From assembly GCF_009914755.1 (NCBI RefSeq), contig NC_060946.1: 64,000 nucleotides of DNA; one strand, written 5' to 3'. Within the stretch, counting starts at the first letter, position 1. Each line of letters begins with the position of its first letter. The notes below the pieces were generated by a model that saw nothing but the letters and a program-made list of their open reading frames with translations, had not been told where the DNA came from and searched no databases. This stretch comes from the human T2T-CHM13v2.0 reference genome, Homo sapiens. Shown here piece after piece: positions 13,754-27,093 of this stretch. A program made the translations under genes and the position numbers.

Positions 13754-13906
13754 AGTACACACAGGCCCCACGTGCGCCCCGGGAGTACACACAGGCCCCA
13801 CGTGCGCCCCGGGAGTACACGCAGGCCCCACGTGCGCCCCGGGAGTACACGCAGGCCCCACGTGTGCCCCGGGAGTACATGCAGGCCCCACGTGTGCCCC
13901 GGGAGT
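13754..13906. repeat. 30-bp VNTR x5 containing CACGTG
   Basis: AGTACAC(A/G)CAGGCCCCACGTG(C/T)GCCCCGGG repeated with period 30. Confidence 0.95.
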
Positions 13907-14084
13907 TGGAAGGGGTGCTGAGTGGGGTCAGCACAGGTGGCCAAGGTCACTCCCACTTCTTTCAAAGCTCCTTCCAGCGGGCAGGTGGAGGAGTTCCTTG
14001 AACTGTGGGCAGCAGGCAGTATGGCGTCTGAGGCCGCCAGGGGTCTCTGCCCAGGAGGGGAAAGGAGACAAGCCTAGGTTTCAC

Positions 14085-14429
14085 TGTGCCTTTGTCTGCT
14101 ATGGCTGCTATAATGGAGTGCATAGACAGAAATTTGTTTCTCACAGCTCTGGAGGCTGGAAATCTACGATCATGGTGCCAGTAGGGTCGGGTTCTGGTGA
14201 GCACTCTCTTCTGGTTTGCAGACAACTGTCTTCTGGCTGTGTCCTCACATACTGGAAAGGATGAGGGGCCTCTCTCAGGTCCTTTTTGTAAGGGCACTAA
14301 TTTCACTCATGAGGGCTCCACTCTTATGGCCTAATCACTGCCCAAAGGCCCCACTTCCTAATACCATCACTTGGGGTTTAGATCTAAACATCATAATTGC
14401 AGGGGGGCACAGAAGTTCAAACCATAGAA
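14085..14429 (-). mobile_element. MLT1A-like MaLR LTR
   Basis: tttctcacagctctggaggctgg...gggttctggtgag...aagggcactaat...aaaggccccacttcctaataccatcac. Confidence 0.85.
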
Positions 14430-14446
14430 CGTGATGCTCAGGTGTT

Positions 14447-15330
14447 TGGATGTTTGGGTGAGTGGATGGGAGAAAGAATGGATGGATGGATGGACAGGTG
14501 GATTGATGGATGGTGGGTAGATGAATGGATAGATTGATAGAAAGTGGATAGGTTGATGGATGCTTGAATGGATGGATGGATGGTGAATCGATTTTTGAAT
14601 GGATAGATGGGTAGGGGATGGATGGATGGATGGATGGTAGACAAGTGGATGGATGGATGGATTGGAGGAAGGATGGACTGATTGATGGATGGATGGATGG
14701 ACTAATGGATGGATGGATAGATGGAGATGATGGATGGATTGATGGTTGAATGGATGGATGGATGGATGGATGGATGGATGGATGGATGGATTGGTGGAGG
14801 GTGGGTGATGAATGAGTGAATTGATGGATGGGAGGATAGATGATGGATGGTTGGATGGTGGACAAGTGGATGGATGGATGGATTGATGGAGGATGGATAG
14901 ATGGATGAATGGATTGATGAATGGGTGGATGGATGGATGGATAGATGGTGATGGTGGATGGATGTTTGAATGGATAGGTGGATAGATAGGTGGATGGATG
15001 GATTGGTGGAGGGTGGGTGATGGATGAGTGGATTGATGGATGGGAGGATGGGTGGGTGGTGTATGGTGGATGGATTGAGTGGATAGATAGATGGATAGGT
15101 GGATGGATGGGTGGGTGGATGAATGGATGGTGGACGGATGGATGGGTGGATGGGTGGGTGGATGAATGGATGGTGGACAGGTGGATGGATGGATTAGTGG
15201 GTGATGGATGGATGGTGGATGATGCATGGATGGTAATGGATGTTTGAATGGATAGATAGATGGGTGGGTAGATAGATGGATGGATTGGTGGCAGGGGTGG
15301 GGGGGCATCTGTGGATGGGTGGATGGGGGA
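14447..15330. repeat. Degenerate (GGAT/TGGA)n microsatellite, ~0.9 kb
   Basis: Directly visible; source of the HPS-rich ORFs. Confidence 0.97.
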
Positions 15331-16490
15331 TGGCTAAATATTTCCTGAACCTAACTATGAAGCCTTCTGTGAGCCTTGATGGATCCAGGTCCTAGTGAGG
15401 GCACCAGGTTCCCTGAGAAGGCAGTCAGAGTTCTCAGCCTCCGTGTTAATTTTGCCATGGCGAGTGCCTCCCCTTGAGGCAGTGACATTCCACTTGTAAA
15501 CAGGACCATCCCTGGGAACTCTCCCCTCCTCACTCTCCCAGTGACAGATCCACAACCAACAGCACCCAGCTCCATACACACCCTGCTGGCCTCAGGTCAC
15601 CTCCCTAAGTGCCCCACCTCTGAGGGGGGAACATGTAGCTGCCCCCACATACCACGACCCACCTTCCCTGGGCTGCCCCAGGCTCCCTGAGTGCGGCCCC
15701 ACCAGCACTTAGCGCCTGGGACCTCCTGGAACCAGACAGGAGACACTTTCCTTTTTGGACATTAAAATTAAAAACTGCGGCTGCCTCTCCTGTCTTCTCT
15801 CTTAAATAGCTTCTGTCAGTTCGTAGGAATTTGCCTGAGGAACATGATTAGAGGGTTTTTTTTTTCTTCCACTTACATGTCTTAATGAAATAATGAAACA
15901 GGTAGCTTATTACAGTTGGGGTTCTTTATTGTTTTTTTGTGTGTTTTGGGGTTTTTTTTTCCCTCTCTCTCATCTAATTTGATGACCCAGACTTGGAGGG
16001 TTTTGCACTGGCGCACCCTTCATAAAGGGAGGCGTTTCCATTCTTGAGCGTGATGGGGACAGTTCCTGGAGCTAATGAATCACTCTAATCAGAGAGCCAT
16101 CTTGAAAATTAATACATTCTACTGTAACTATTTAAAGAAAAAATAATTATCAAGACTGTTCCCACTAAATTATGCTGTCTAGAAGTTGTAGAAAGAAAAT
16201 TTTATCTAATTTTAAGATGTAATCTGGGTTTTGCAGATTTTTCTTTTTTGAGTGATTAACAGATCAGCACTGAATAGCAAGGACCAGAGCACGCTGCCCT
16301 TTTCTCAGTGTTCTCCTGGAGTCTTGTCTTGTGTCAGCCTCATGCACCCCAAGGCCTTGGCCCTGTCTTGGCTCCTGCCCCCTGAGGGCCAGATCTTCAG
16401 GCCTCTTAACTCCCCCTGGCTGCTCGGGGGACGGTGGCTTTCCCTGGCCGGCTCCTCCCTGGGTTCATTTCTAAGTAAGCTCCTTGCTTA

Positions 16491-16899
<409 letters not shown>

Positions 16900-19800
16900 C
16901 TAAGCACAACATGAAATGGCCTATGTATGTCCTTGGTGTGGGTCCCTCCAGCCTCTGCACCTGCCTCCCAGGAGGACCCCGTACTCACAGAAGTCTTCAG
17001 CTGCAAATGTGCAAGATGGCTAGAGCAGTTAGGGAGGCGCGGTTTTCAAAAACGCGTGGAACCCTTCCTCTGGTCTGCACGCCGTATGCAGCGGGGAGTG
17101 TGGAGCAGATGGACGTAGACACGTTACCGGGTCTGACCCCCACCCCAGAGATGGGGCGCCTCTCACCCACCTGCAAACCCCACATCTCGGGTCCACATCT
17201 GGAGCGCCCCCGTCTGCCTTGTCCTCAGGCTCTGAGTTCTGGGAGGGATTTAGCGATTCCCTGACTTGGGACACGTTCACCCCAGAAAAGGCCAGCCTGT
17301 ACCCTCAGACCCAGGGCCAGAAGCACAGGGTCGGGTTCTGACGCCTGAGGAACCTGCGCAGACTTGAGAGCAAGTCCTCTGGGTGGAGACAAAGTGGTGA
17401 CGTGAGATGTTGCTCAATCTTGAGGCCCTGCTGCTTTACCGAGTCTGAGCCGATGTTATTCACTGGCTCTCAGTTTGGGGTCCTAGGTCACCCGTGTAGC
17501 CCCTCCCCCCTGGCCTGTCCCCCACCCATTCACCCCAGCTCCCTGGGCCAGCCCAGCTGTGCTTTCATGGGGCTGGGGCCAGACTGTGCAGGAAAGAGCA
17601 GGTTGATGGGCTGGTATCATTGGCATAACAGGTGAGGGGGGCCACAGCCTTGGGCCTTCCTTGCACCACCCTCTTTCCTGTCCCCGGTTGGTGTAAGTGT
17701 CTCTGAGCCTGGCTGGGTGCTTCCCTCAGTCACTAGCAAGGTCCTTGCTGCCCCCAGGAGCCAGTCCCTCCAGGATGAGGGATACGGCAAGGGAGCGCTC
17801 CCTGTACACCGCCCTGCCTTGCAACCTCTTCCCTGGTGGCCTGGCGTCCATCACAGGTGGCCTCACAGCACTGGGGGAGGTGGGCTTGGCTGGGGGGCTG
17901 GCTGGGGTCAGTGGATGTGGAGATGTCCACCCTGCCCTGTGGCATCAGCTGGAGGCCAGGGGCCTGTGCTCCCCCCACCCCTCCTGCATGGAAAGATGCT
18001 CATAACTGCATTTGTCCTCAGCCTGCCAGGCAAGGGGACGGGGCTCCCAGCGGGTTCCTGGATGTGACCCTTCTCCCACCCCATCTCCTTGTGTTCACAC
18101 AATGACCCCTTGGCCCAGGTGGTAACTGTGTGCTGGAGACCCACAGAGAACCACCTTGAGTGGACTCCACATTCCAGAAAGTGGGTCTGGGTGTGATAGG
18201 CAGGTGTGGGGGCCGGGGCTATGGAGGACTGTGGCTCTTTGGGACGTGTATCAGCCGCACAGCCGTACCAGGGCCTGCGTGCCCAGTGTGCAGCCTCCAC
18301 CCTACTGGCCTCTCCAGCCCCTCCATGCTTGTAGCGAGATCCCAGGTGCTGGCCCTCCCACAGGCTTACAGTGATGACCAGCCCATCGCCAGGGCCAGGG
18401 CCCCTGCATCCTCCTGCAGGCCCTTCCTGCCTGCTGTGCTGTCACCCTCTTATCTTTGTGGGCAATTCACCCTTTAAACCTCACCTCTTCTAGGGAGCCC
18501 TCCTGGCTGCCCTGTGGACTCCTTCTCTGTAGTGTAGCATCTTGGACTGATGTAATCAGAGCTCTTGGGGACAGGCCTGTGTCCCTCAAGCTGGACGTGC
18601 CCTGAGGCACACGGAAAGTACAGCCCCAATGAGTGGCCTTGGCCTCTGCCCAGGAGGCTGTGGGCTGACCTATGTCAGCCCAGGCTTGGGGGGCCGCGCT
18701 GCCCCCGCCCCCTGTCTTCTATGATGAGTTGATCCAGGCACAGAGCTGCCTGTCGTGGAGGGAGGACGCCTCGCCTCCTGAGCTTACCCCACATCTGGAT
18801 GGGGTCCAGAGAGCGCCCACAGCATCTGCCTGGAAGCAGCTAGGTGAGCATCAGGAAGATGCTTGACCCTCCTGAGCGCCGTCAATCTCCAGTGGTCAAG
18901 GAGACCCGCCGTAAAGCAGGAAGCACGAAGCCAGTCCCTGAGGCCGCAGCGGCCGGTGAAGTCCCTCCATACCTGAGGCTCCCAGGCAAGCCTCAGGGCG
19001 GCCCGGGGACCATTGGTGGTCAGGGGCTGTGGGCTTCCTAAGCTCAAGCTGGCTCGGGTGCGAGGTGCAGGGGCCACTTCTGGGCCCCTTCCCTTGTTTG
19101 CCAAGTAGGGAGCCGCCTCCTCTCGTGGCTGTAAGGGTCTGATGGAAGGATGGGCGGGGCCGTCTTTCCAAAGCCCTGGGACTGCTGCTGATGCAGATTT
19201 TACTTCACGTTTGACATTTTTGGTATCGTCATCCTCCCAGTCTTTACTGAGTAACAAAACCAGCAAGGCCTAAGAGGGAAGATGGAGACGTGGCCAGGAC
19301 AGGGTCGCCTTGTGTCGGGCACCAGGACCGCAGGTGAGGAGGCAAACTGGGTTCGCCTGTGTGCTGAGCGCCCAGGGCAGATGCAGCCTCGCGAGGAACG
19401 CAGCCTGGAGAGGCTCACAGTCGCAGTGGCATGGCTGGGCAACGGAGGACGCGCCAGGAGCAGGCTCTTCTTCTGCCCCTGCTGCAGGCGCTCAGTCCTG
19501 CCATAATCTGGGAGGTGACCTCTGCTTTTCCCCACCTGTGGACCCTACGGGGCGCCTGCCCCTTGGCAGGTCTGCTCAGGAGGAAGGCCAGGTGTCTGGC
19601 TCTCTGTGCTGGGCACATCCGGGGAGGGCCCCAGGCGGCTGACGTTGAGTCTCGCGGGATGGCGAGGTGCTGCCTGTGGAGACTCGGGCCCCAACTGTCT
19701 GGGCCCTCCCAGGTGTGCTTGTTGGCTCCCAACTGCTTCCAGGAGGTCCCTGTCACGGGATCCATCCTGAGACAGCCCCCCTTGGATGGACTGAGCTGAC

Positions 19801-20265
19801 ACTAGGTGCCCTGGAGGGCTGAGTCGTCCTCCAAAGGGGCCTGTGCCACCAGCTCCTAGGGCAGGAACACTGGGTGCCTCCTTCCTGTCCCCAATCAGAG
19901 AGGCCCTGGTTTACTCCTCCCTGAACCTGGGATGGGGCAGTGTGCCAGGGGGAGGAGGCTAGGGTCTTCCTGGGAAGACACCGAGACCTGAGCCCTGGCC
20001 CACCCAGGAGACCCTCCCTTCCTTCAGCAATGGCCTGTGGCCTGAGAGCTGCCTCCAGCCTGCAGGATGTCAGACAGTGAGACCCTCAGAGTGCAGGGAG
20101 GGCTGCAGTAGGTCAGCAAATGGGGCTGCTGAGAGTCATGGGTCCGCTGCAGCCCTGGGCCTCTCCCTCCTTGCTGTCAGGCTTAATCAAGGCAGCTGGG
20201 ACTGTGCTCATGGGAAAGGCAAGAAGCATATTTTGGGACCATTAGAGGCAATTTTGTTTACCTGA

Positions 20266-20416
20266 TTTATTTTAATTTACTTAATTGATTTAATTTTTTA
20301 AGAGACTGAGTCTCGCCGTGTTGCCCAGGCTGGTCTCAAACTCTTGGGTTCAAGTGATCCTCCTGCCTGGACCTCCCCAATTGCTGGGATCACAGGCCTG
20401 AGCCACCATGCCTGCC
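20266..20416 (-). mobile_element. FLAM / AluJ left-monomer element
   Basis: Single Alu arm with a degraded T-rich tail; flanking TTACCTG at 20258 and 20418 is a probable TSD. Confidence 0.85.
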
Positions 20417-21949
20417 CTTACCTGGTTTTTGAAAGAGGATTCAGTCATAGCCTGACAGTCTGATGAAGGTTAAGGATATGAAATGAATCCCATAAATGAT
20501 GATGGCAGTGGCAGCAGGGCACAGCAGTGCTGTAGGATGGGGAACTCCGCAGAGCTCTCCAGCATGTGGAGTAGTATTTAAAACGCATACGTATCTAGAC
20601 AGCCTCGTGACGGTGTGCAGGTGGCCATACGAGGGGCGTGTTCCCAGGAAGGTCAGAATGGGAAGCAGCCGTGTGTCCTCAGTCACCGACCTCAGGCCCC
20701 GTTGGGCCCAGGCCAGGAACAGCCCAGAGCTTGCTTGGGACCTCAGGAGCCCCTCCCAGGCCACCTCAGGGATGGGGCACCGTTGAGGCAGGAAGGGCGT
20801 CAGCGGCGCCTTGGGCCCCGTCATCTTGAGAACAGTGTAAGAACTCCGCGAGCCCGTGCTCACTATTCACAGAACTCAGCAGAACTCAGCAGCGTGTTTG
20901 TCAAGGGCACTTACTCAGGCCCAAGGCCGTTGGAACGCTGCCCTTCGACCCTGTCCGCCCACTCGGATTCCCAGTAGCTGAGCGCAGGACGTGACCTCGA
21001 GTCGAAGCCTCTGCTGGAAAATACGTCCTTGTCTGCCTGGAGGGGCCTCAGTGACGGGGCCTCACTCGTCCTCAGAGCAGCCTGGCAGGATGAGTCCAGA
21101 GCCATGAAAATGCTCAGACCTTTTCATCCCATAATTCTGCTCCCAGAAATTTGCCCTAAGAGAGTAATTGAAAGGAAGAGGGAAAAACCAGGAAAGCACA
21201 AACACCCGAAATGTACCACCACCGGGAATGGCCAGGTGAGTCGGAGATCCGTGCGCGTCATAGTGCAGCCCGTGCAGGCAGTAAAGGAGGGACTGCGACT
21301 CTTGCAGATGGCTGTGACTCAACCATGGGTAGATGAGGAAGCATAGCCTGAGGTCCCAGAGGAGACCAGCAGGTGAGGCCCGCAGGAGGGGCGGCTGGGC
21401 CTGGAGCTCAGGGAACTCTGTTCCCACCCCTGGTCCGGCTCTGGGCCTTGGTCCTGTTTTCTGCCTTCGTCCCGTCCTGCCCCGGGCCTTATTCCTGCTC
21501 TCTCTCTGTCTCAGTCCCGCACCACACCGGGCTTTGGTCCTGCTCCAGGCCTCATTCCTACTCTCTCTCAGTCCTGCTCCGGGCCTTGGTTTCTGAGGGC
21601 CTCCCCCAACCCTCCAGCCTACCCTGGGCTTTGCATCTTCCAGGCCACAATCCTGACCCAGCTGTGGGGTGTGGTCAGCCATGGCCACCTATACCCATCT
21701 TACTGACTATGCCATCTCAGATGGACGCAGCTCACAGATGGTGCCCCGGGTGTTTCCGCCGGGTGGGGAAACTGTGGGGTCCCCTGCTCCAGAATGCCAC
21801 CCTCCTGTCTTCTGTAGACGATTCAGCATCTCCACTGGGCTGTCGGCTTCTCCTCTTTCTTCAGGAAGCCCGTGGGCCCCTCTGAGGTCCCTGCCCACAG
21901 GCCACGCGGAGGCTGACTGCATCCATGTTCCAGCATCACCGCTTGTAAG

Positions 21950-22040
21950 CCGTGTGACCTTGGGCAGACTTGTTGAGCTCTCTGAGCTTCTGTGTCCTCT
22001 TCTGTAATGTGAAGATGAAGCTAATTGATTCCCCATAGGT
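21950..22040. mobile_element. MIR fragment
   Basis: gtgtgaccttgggcagactt...ctctctgagcttctgtgtcctcttctgtaatg resembles the MIR core. Confidence 0.6.
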
Positions 22041-22614
22041 GGAAATCAATAATAAAATTCCAGTAATAAATGAGCATACCAGTCCCTGGGAGGACCAGCA
22101 GGGCGGCCCTGACAGTCGGCAGCTGTCCAAGGGCCCCAACGCTCAGAAAGCTGGGGAAAGGGGTGGTCAACATTAATACACACAAATACGTAGAAATGAC
22201 TGTGTGGCATAGCCCCAGGGAAGGCTGGCACTGCTGGGACACCCTGCGCGTTTCCTGGTGTGTCTGGGCTCTGACGTTTCGAGTGGGGCCCTTCCGGAGT
22301 GCAGGAGGCTCTTCTGGAGGTGTGGGACAGAGACTCCTCCCAGAAACACAGGCGCTTCCCAGCCAGTGCTCTGGGCCTGTTTGCCTTTTCCTGAGCCCTG
22401 AGCCCAGGAAGCCCGGCTGTGTCCGCTCACCCCAAAAGCCTCCTCCCTGCCCCATGTGCTGGTCACAAGTCACCAAGCCTGTGGGTATCTGGTCCTGCTC
22501 CCGGGCAGTGCCTCATCTGATGTTCTCTGTGTCCCCGGGCCACAGTGCCCTGGCAAGGGCTGACCTACAGGGGGAGGCTGCCTGTGAGCAGCTCCAAGAC
22601 CACCAAGGGCTGCC

Positions 22615-22726
22615 CACCGCTCAGACCTCCTCCCCCACCCCCCACCGCTCCAGACCTCCGCCCCCACCCCCCGCCGCTCCAGACTTCCACCCCCACCCCC
22701 CGCCGCTCCAGACTTCCACCCCCACC
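22615..22726. repeat. ~28-bp C-rich minisatellite x~4
   Basis: CCGCTCCAGAC(C/T)TCC(A/G)CCCCCACCCCC repeated. Confidence 0.85.
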
Positions 22727-24164
22727 TGCCTGTGAGCCTTCCTGCCCCAGGCTGGGACCACTGGGGAGGTCAGGCCTCAAAGTGCTGCCTCCCATCGGGC
22801 AGAAACGGGAGCCCTGAGCCCTCCTGTGAGCTTCAAACGTGCCCTGCAGAGATGGTTTCACAGTGACCGTCCTCAGTGCCTGTGTCAGGACTTACTGCCT
22901 GTGGGTTCTTCTGTGGTACCTCTGAGATACCCCATTTCCATTTGACTCCGTGAGGCCAGGTGGTGTGTGTGTCTTTGTGTGTCTGCATTGAGTGCTTGTG
23001 CATTTGTGTATGTGTGCACATTGTGTGTGTGTGTGTGATTTGTATGTATTTGTCTGTATTAACGTTGCCCACTCCTTTTCCCATGCTGTTGATTGAATCC
23101 TCCATCACCAGCCAGATCTGGGAGACTCGAGGGACACTCTTCTGGGTGAGACACTGCCAGGGAGAGCAGCCTCCCCAGCTCAGACAGCTGAGATGTGTTT
23201 CTGACGATATCTGAGTAAATGCCCAAAGATTTCTCCTGGAATCTCACTGGTTTTGTTCTGGATGATTCATTTCTCCAAGCTGTTGAGTACAGCAAGCAAC
23301 TCTGTGTTAATGGAAATGAGGAAAGTTTATTGCCAAGGGAAGCCTGCCGTTCATGAGCACCTCGGGGCTTGGGTGTTGAGCTGAGTAATGTTATGGCCAC
23401 GGTCTCAGGCAAAGGAGCACCACTTGTGCCTGTCTGTCTGTTCCCCTGGAGTAGCCAGCATGTTCCTCCCTGTGACGTCAGACCAAGGAACAGTCCTATG
23501 GACAATTGGCTTCTCTTCATGGGTTTCATGGGTTGTGTGGTTCTCAGGTTTGGGGGTGGGCAAGGGCACCTGGCCAGGGTGTGGGCAGCAGGGGCACCTT
23601 CCTGAGCTGCCGACTCTTTGAGAGATTGGCTGGGGCTTCCTGGTGCTGGAAAAAAATAGGCGGGCCCTCTGGCGTCACCAGAGTCCTGGCGAGGGGAGTC
23701 AGCGTGGCTGGCTTCAAGTTCTGCATACAGCATCACTCAGTCCCTAGTGTAGGGCTTTCAAGCACCACAGGGCCACACAGCCATCCTGCTGACCACCACA
23801 CAGACAGGACGCAGAGGGTCAGCACTCGAGAGCATATAGGCTGTTTGGGACTTCGATGAGCTGGGTCAACTGGGGTCCACTCAGACCCTCAACCCCACCT
23901 GCCCCGGACCCCTGGTCCGTAGAATTCAGAGGCATGTGAAATCAGAGCTGTACATCCCAGTCTCGGGGTTCGATGGGCGGGTGCCATGGGAGAAGTGGCG
24001 CAGGCTGCCCACCCTCAGACCCCTGCACACCCACACTGAGGCTGGGGAGGAAGGAGACTGTGCCAGCCACCCGGGCCTGAGCTCTGCAGACGCTGTGGCT
24101 TTGCGCATTTCTCAGCACTCTGCGTTTATGACCTTTCCGGCCAGACGTAGCATAGCAGGTGCCT

Positions 24165-24283
24165 TCCTGTCCCTTCCTATCCTCCCTCCACTCTTCCCTC
24201 TTTTCTCACTCCTTCCTTCCATCCTTCCCTCTTCTCCTCACTCCTTCCCTCCATCCTTCCCTCCTTTCCTCCCTCCCTCCTTT
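24165..24283. repeat. Polypyrimidine (CCTT/CCCT) low-complexity tract
   Basis: Directly visible. Confidence 0.8.
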
Positions 24284-25164
24284 GCTCAGGAACTTTGAGG
24301 GGCCCCTGAGTGCCCTGCCCAGGGACAGGAGGTGAAGGTGAAGGTCTGGGGCTTCAGATGCCAGCACTTCCTCTTTGACCTGCAGGGGGGTCCCGGAGTG
24401 AATGGGTGGCAGCCACCTGGGCTCCCATTGGAGGGCGGAGCTCCCCCCAACTGCAGAGCTAGGTTCCGGAGAGGGGAAACCCTGAAGGATCCCTGCAGGT
24501 GTCCAGGCAGCTGATGGCTGGGGTCTGACACCCCTTCACCCCCATACCACTGTTGCTATCCTTGCTGCCTTCAAAATGTCTCAGCCAGGAAATGAGGGTG
24601 GAATGAGGTTTGCGCCTGCAGAGCCACCTCTGAGCCCAAACCCTCTGCTACATGAGACGCAGGTTGTGTGTGCAAGGCCTGGCCTGCATCATTCCAGCTT
24701 CTAACCAGCACAGCACAGTCGCGCAAAGGCCCTAGGATACGAGGAGGGAGCTCCCGTCTCAGGGAGACCGAAAACCTCCCTGGAAATCCAAGACTTCTTA
24801 TTGGAGCCCCAATGGTAGCATGCTAGCTCCCCTGCTGCTTGGGTTAGATGAGAAACCAGGGGCAAAAGGGCTTCCTTGAAGGGATGGGGAAGATGGCGTG
24901 CCAGGCACATGTTCCCTGGGCACAGGGATGGAAGTTCTGAGCTGTAATCTACTGGGGAGGATCCAAGAAGAGAGGAACCTGGACTGGAAAGAAGACAGGC
25001 CACTGGGGTCCAGTTAGGGCTTGCTTTATTATCCCTCTCTGAACCCCAGCATCCTCATACCTGAAATGAGCTAAGGATGAGAGCCTTCACCTAGAATTGC
25101 CATAGGAATGAGGGCAGCCATGTGTATGGCACAGGAGGGAGGGAGTCACTCCAGGTAGCTGCTG

Positions 25165-26345
25165 ACAATGGAGATGGTGGTTATGGTGACAGTGGTGATG
25201 GTAATGATGATGATAATGATGACGATGATGATGGTGGTTGTCATGATGTGATTAGGGTGATGGTGATGATGACAAGGATGAGGAAGATGATGATGAGGAT
25301 CAGGATGGTGGTGGTGATATTTATGATGATGGTGATGTTGGTGATGGTGATAATGAAGGTTATGATAATGACATTGATGGTGATGGTGACAACAATGATA
25401 ATCATGGTGGTGATGGTGGTGGTAGTATGACGGTGATAATGACTGTGATGTTGAGGATGGTGGTGGTGATGATGATGGTGATGAAGACAGTATGGTAGTG
25501 TTGGTGATCATGGTAATGGTGATAGTGCTAATGGTGATAATGTGATGGTGATGATTACAATTGATGATGATGTTGGTGATGGTGATGATCATGGTAGTGG
25601 TTATGATAATGTGATGATAGTAATGACAGTGATAAAATGATGATGGTGATGATGATGGTGATGATGATGAGATGGTAGTGGTGGTGATGTTGGTGATAGT
25701 GAGGATACCGGTGGTGGTTATGATGATGATGGTGATGGTAATAATTGTCATGATGATGGTGGTGATGACAATATGATGATGGTGGTGGTGGTGATGATGT
25801 GTGATGGTGAGGATGATGATGGTGATGATGGTCCTGTTGATAGGATGGTGAGGATGGTGAGCATGATGGTGCGACGATGATGGTGAAGATAATGGTGGCG
25901 ATGGTGGTGGTTAGGATGATGTCATAATGATGGTGATGGTGATGGTGGTGATAATGGTGGTGGTGGTGGTGGTGATGATAGCGATGGTGGTGGTTATGAT
26001 TATGTGATGGTGATGATGATAGTGATAGTAGTGATGATGGTGGTGATGATGATGGTGACAATAATGATGGTGATGATAATGGCAGTGGTGATGATGATGG
26101 CCCAGGCAAGTGGATCACCTGAGGTCAGGAGTTCGAGACCAGCCTGGCCAACATGGTGAAACCCCATCTCTACTAAAAATACAAAAATTAGCCGGGCGTG
26201 GTGGTGCATCCCAGCTACTCAGGAGGCCAAGGGAAGGGAATCAGTTGATGATGGTGATGGTGGTGATGGTGATAATGATGGTGGTTGTGATGGTGGTGGT
26301 GGTGATGGTGATGATGATGATGGTAATGGTAGTGAAGGTGATGAT
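25165..26345. repeat. Degenerate (GAT/GGT)n trinucleotide tract, ~1.2 kb, interrupted by an Alu fragment
   Basis: Directly visible; source of the poly-His/Met/Ile ORFs. Confidence 0.95.
26099..26248 (+). mobile_element. 150-bp internal Alu fragment, inverted copy of 26901-27050
   Basis: No 5' end, tail or TSD; shares a 9-bp internal deletion with the neighbouring Alu. Confidence 0.9.
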
Positions 26346-26780
26346 AGGGAGAGCTGACTGAGCTGAGCTGGGAGAGAGGAAGCTGAAGCACAGGGTTCTA
26401 CCCATGATGGGAGGGATGCCAGTGCCATGCAGGGAGGCTGACCTGAGTGGGGCACATTCCTCAGGTGTCGTCTTGAACAGAGGCTCCCACCTGTTCATAG
26501 GAGCATCCCAGGAGCTGAGCAAGGATGAGTATGTAGATTGAGGGTGCCTGGGGGTCAGGGGGAGGTCCTGCGAGCTTTTCTGGCCCTACAGCGGGTGCCT
26601 CCTGGCCTCCCTTCCGCAGCCTCGGGGTGCAGCCCGTCTGGGCTCTACAGGCCCCGTGCGTGGCCGGGGCTGTGCGCTTACCTGCGAGAGACCCTTCCAG
26701 CCTGGCCCTGCAACAAGCTCCAGCACTAACTGTGCCTCCTGCTCTACTGACCAGCCCAGAGCCCTGTTCCTCAGACCTAA

Positions 26781-27093
<313 letters not shown>

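Noticed and set aside
14335-15308. His/Pro/Ser-rich ORFs up to 305 aa
   Set aside because: Translation of the (GGAT)n microsatellite.
25122-26522. Poly-His, Met/Val and Ile/Thr ORFs
   Set aside because: Trinucleotide-repeat and Alu translations.
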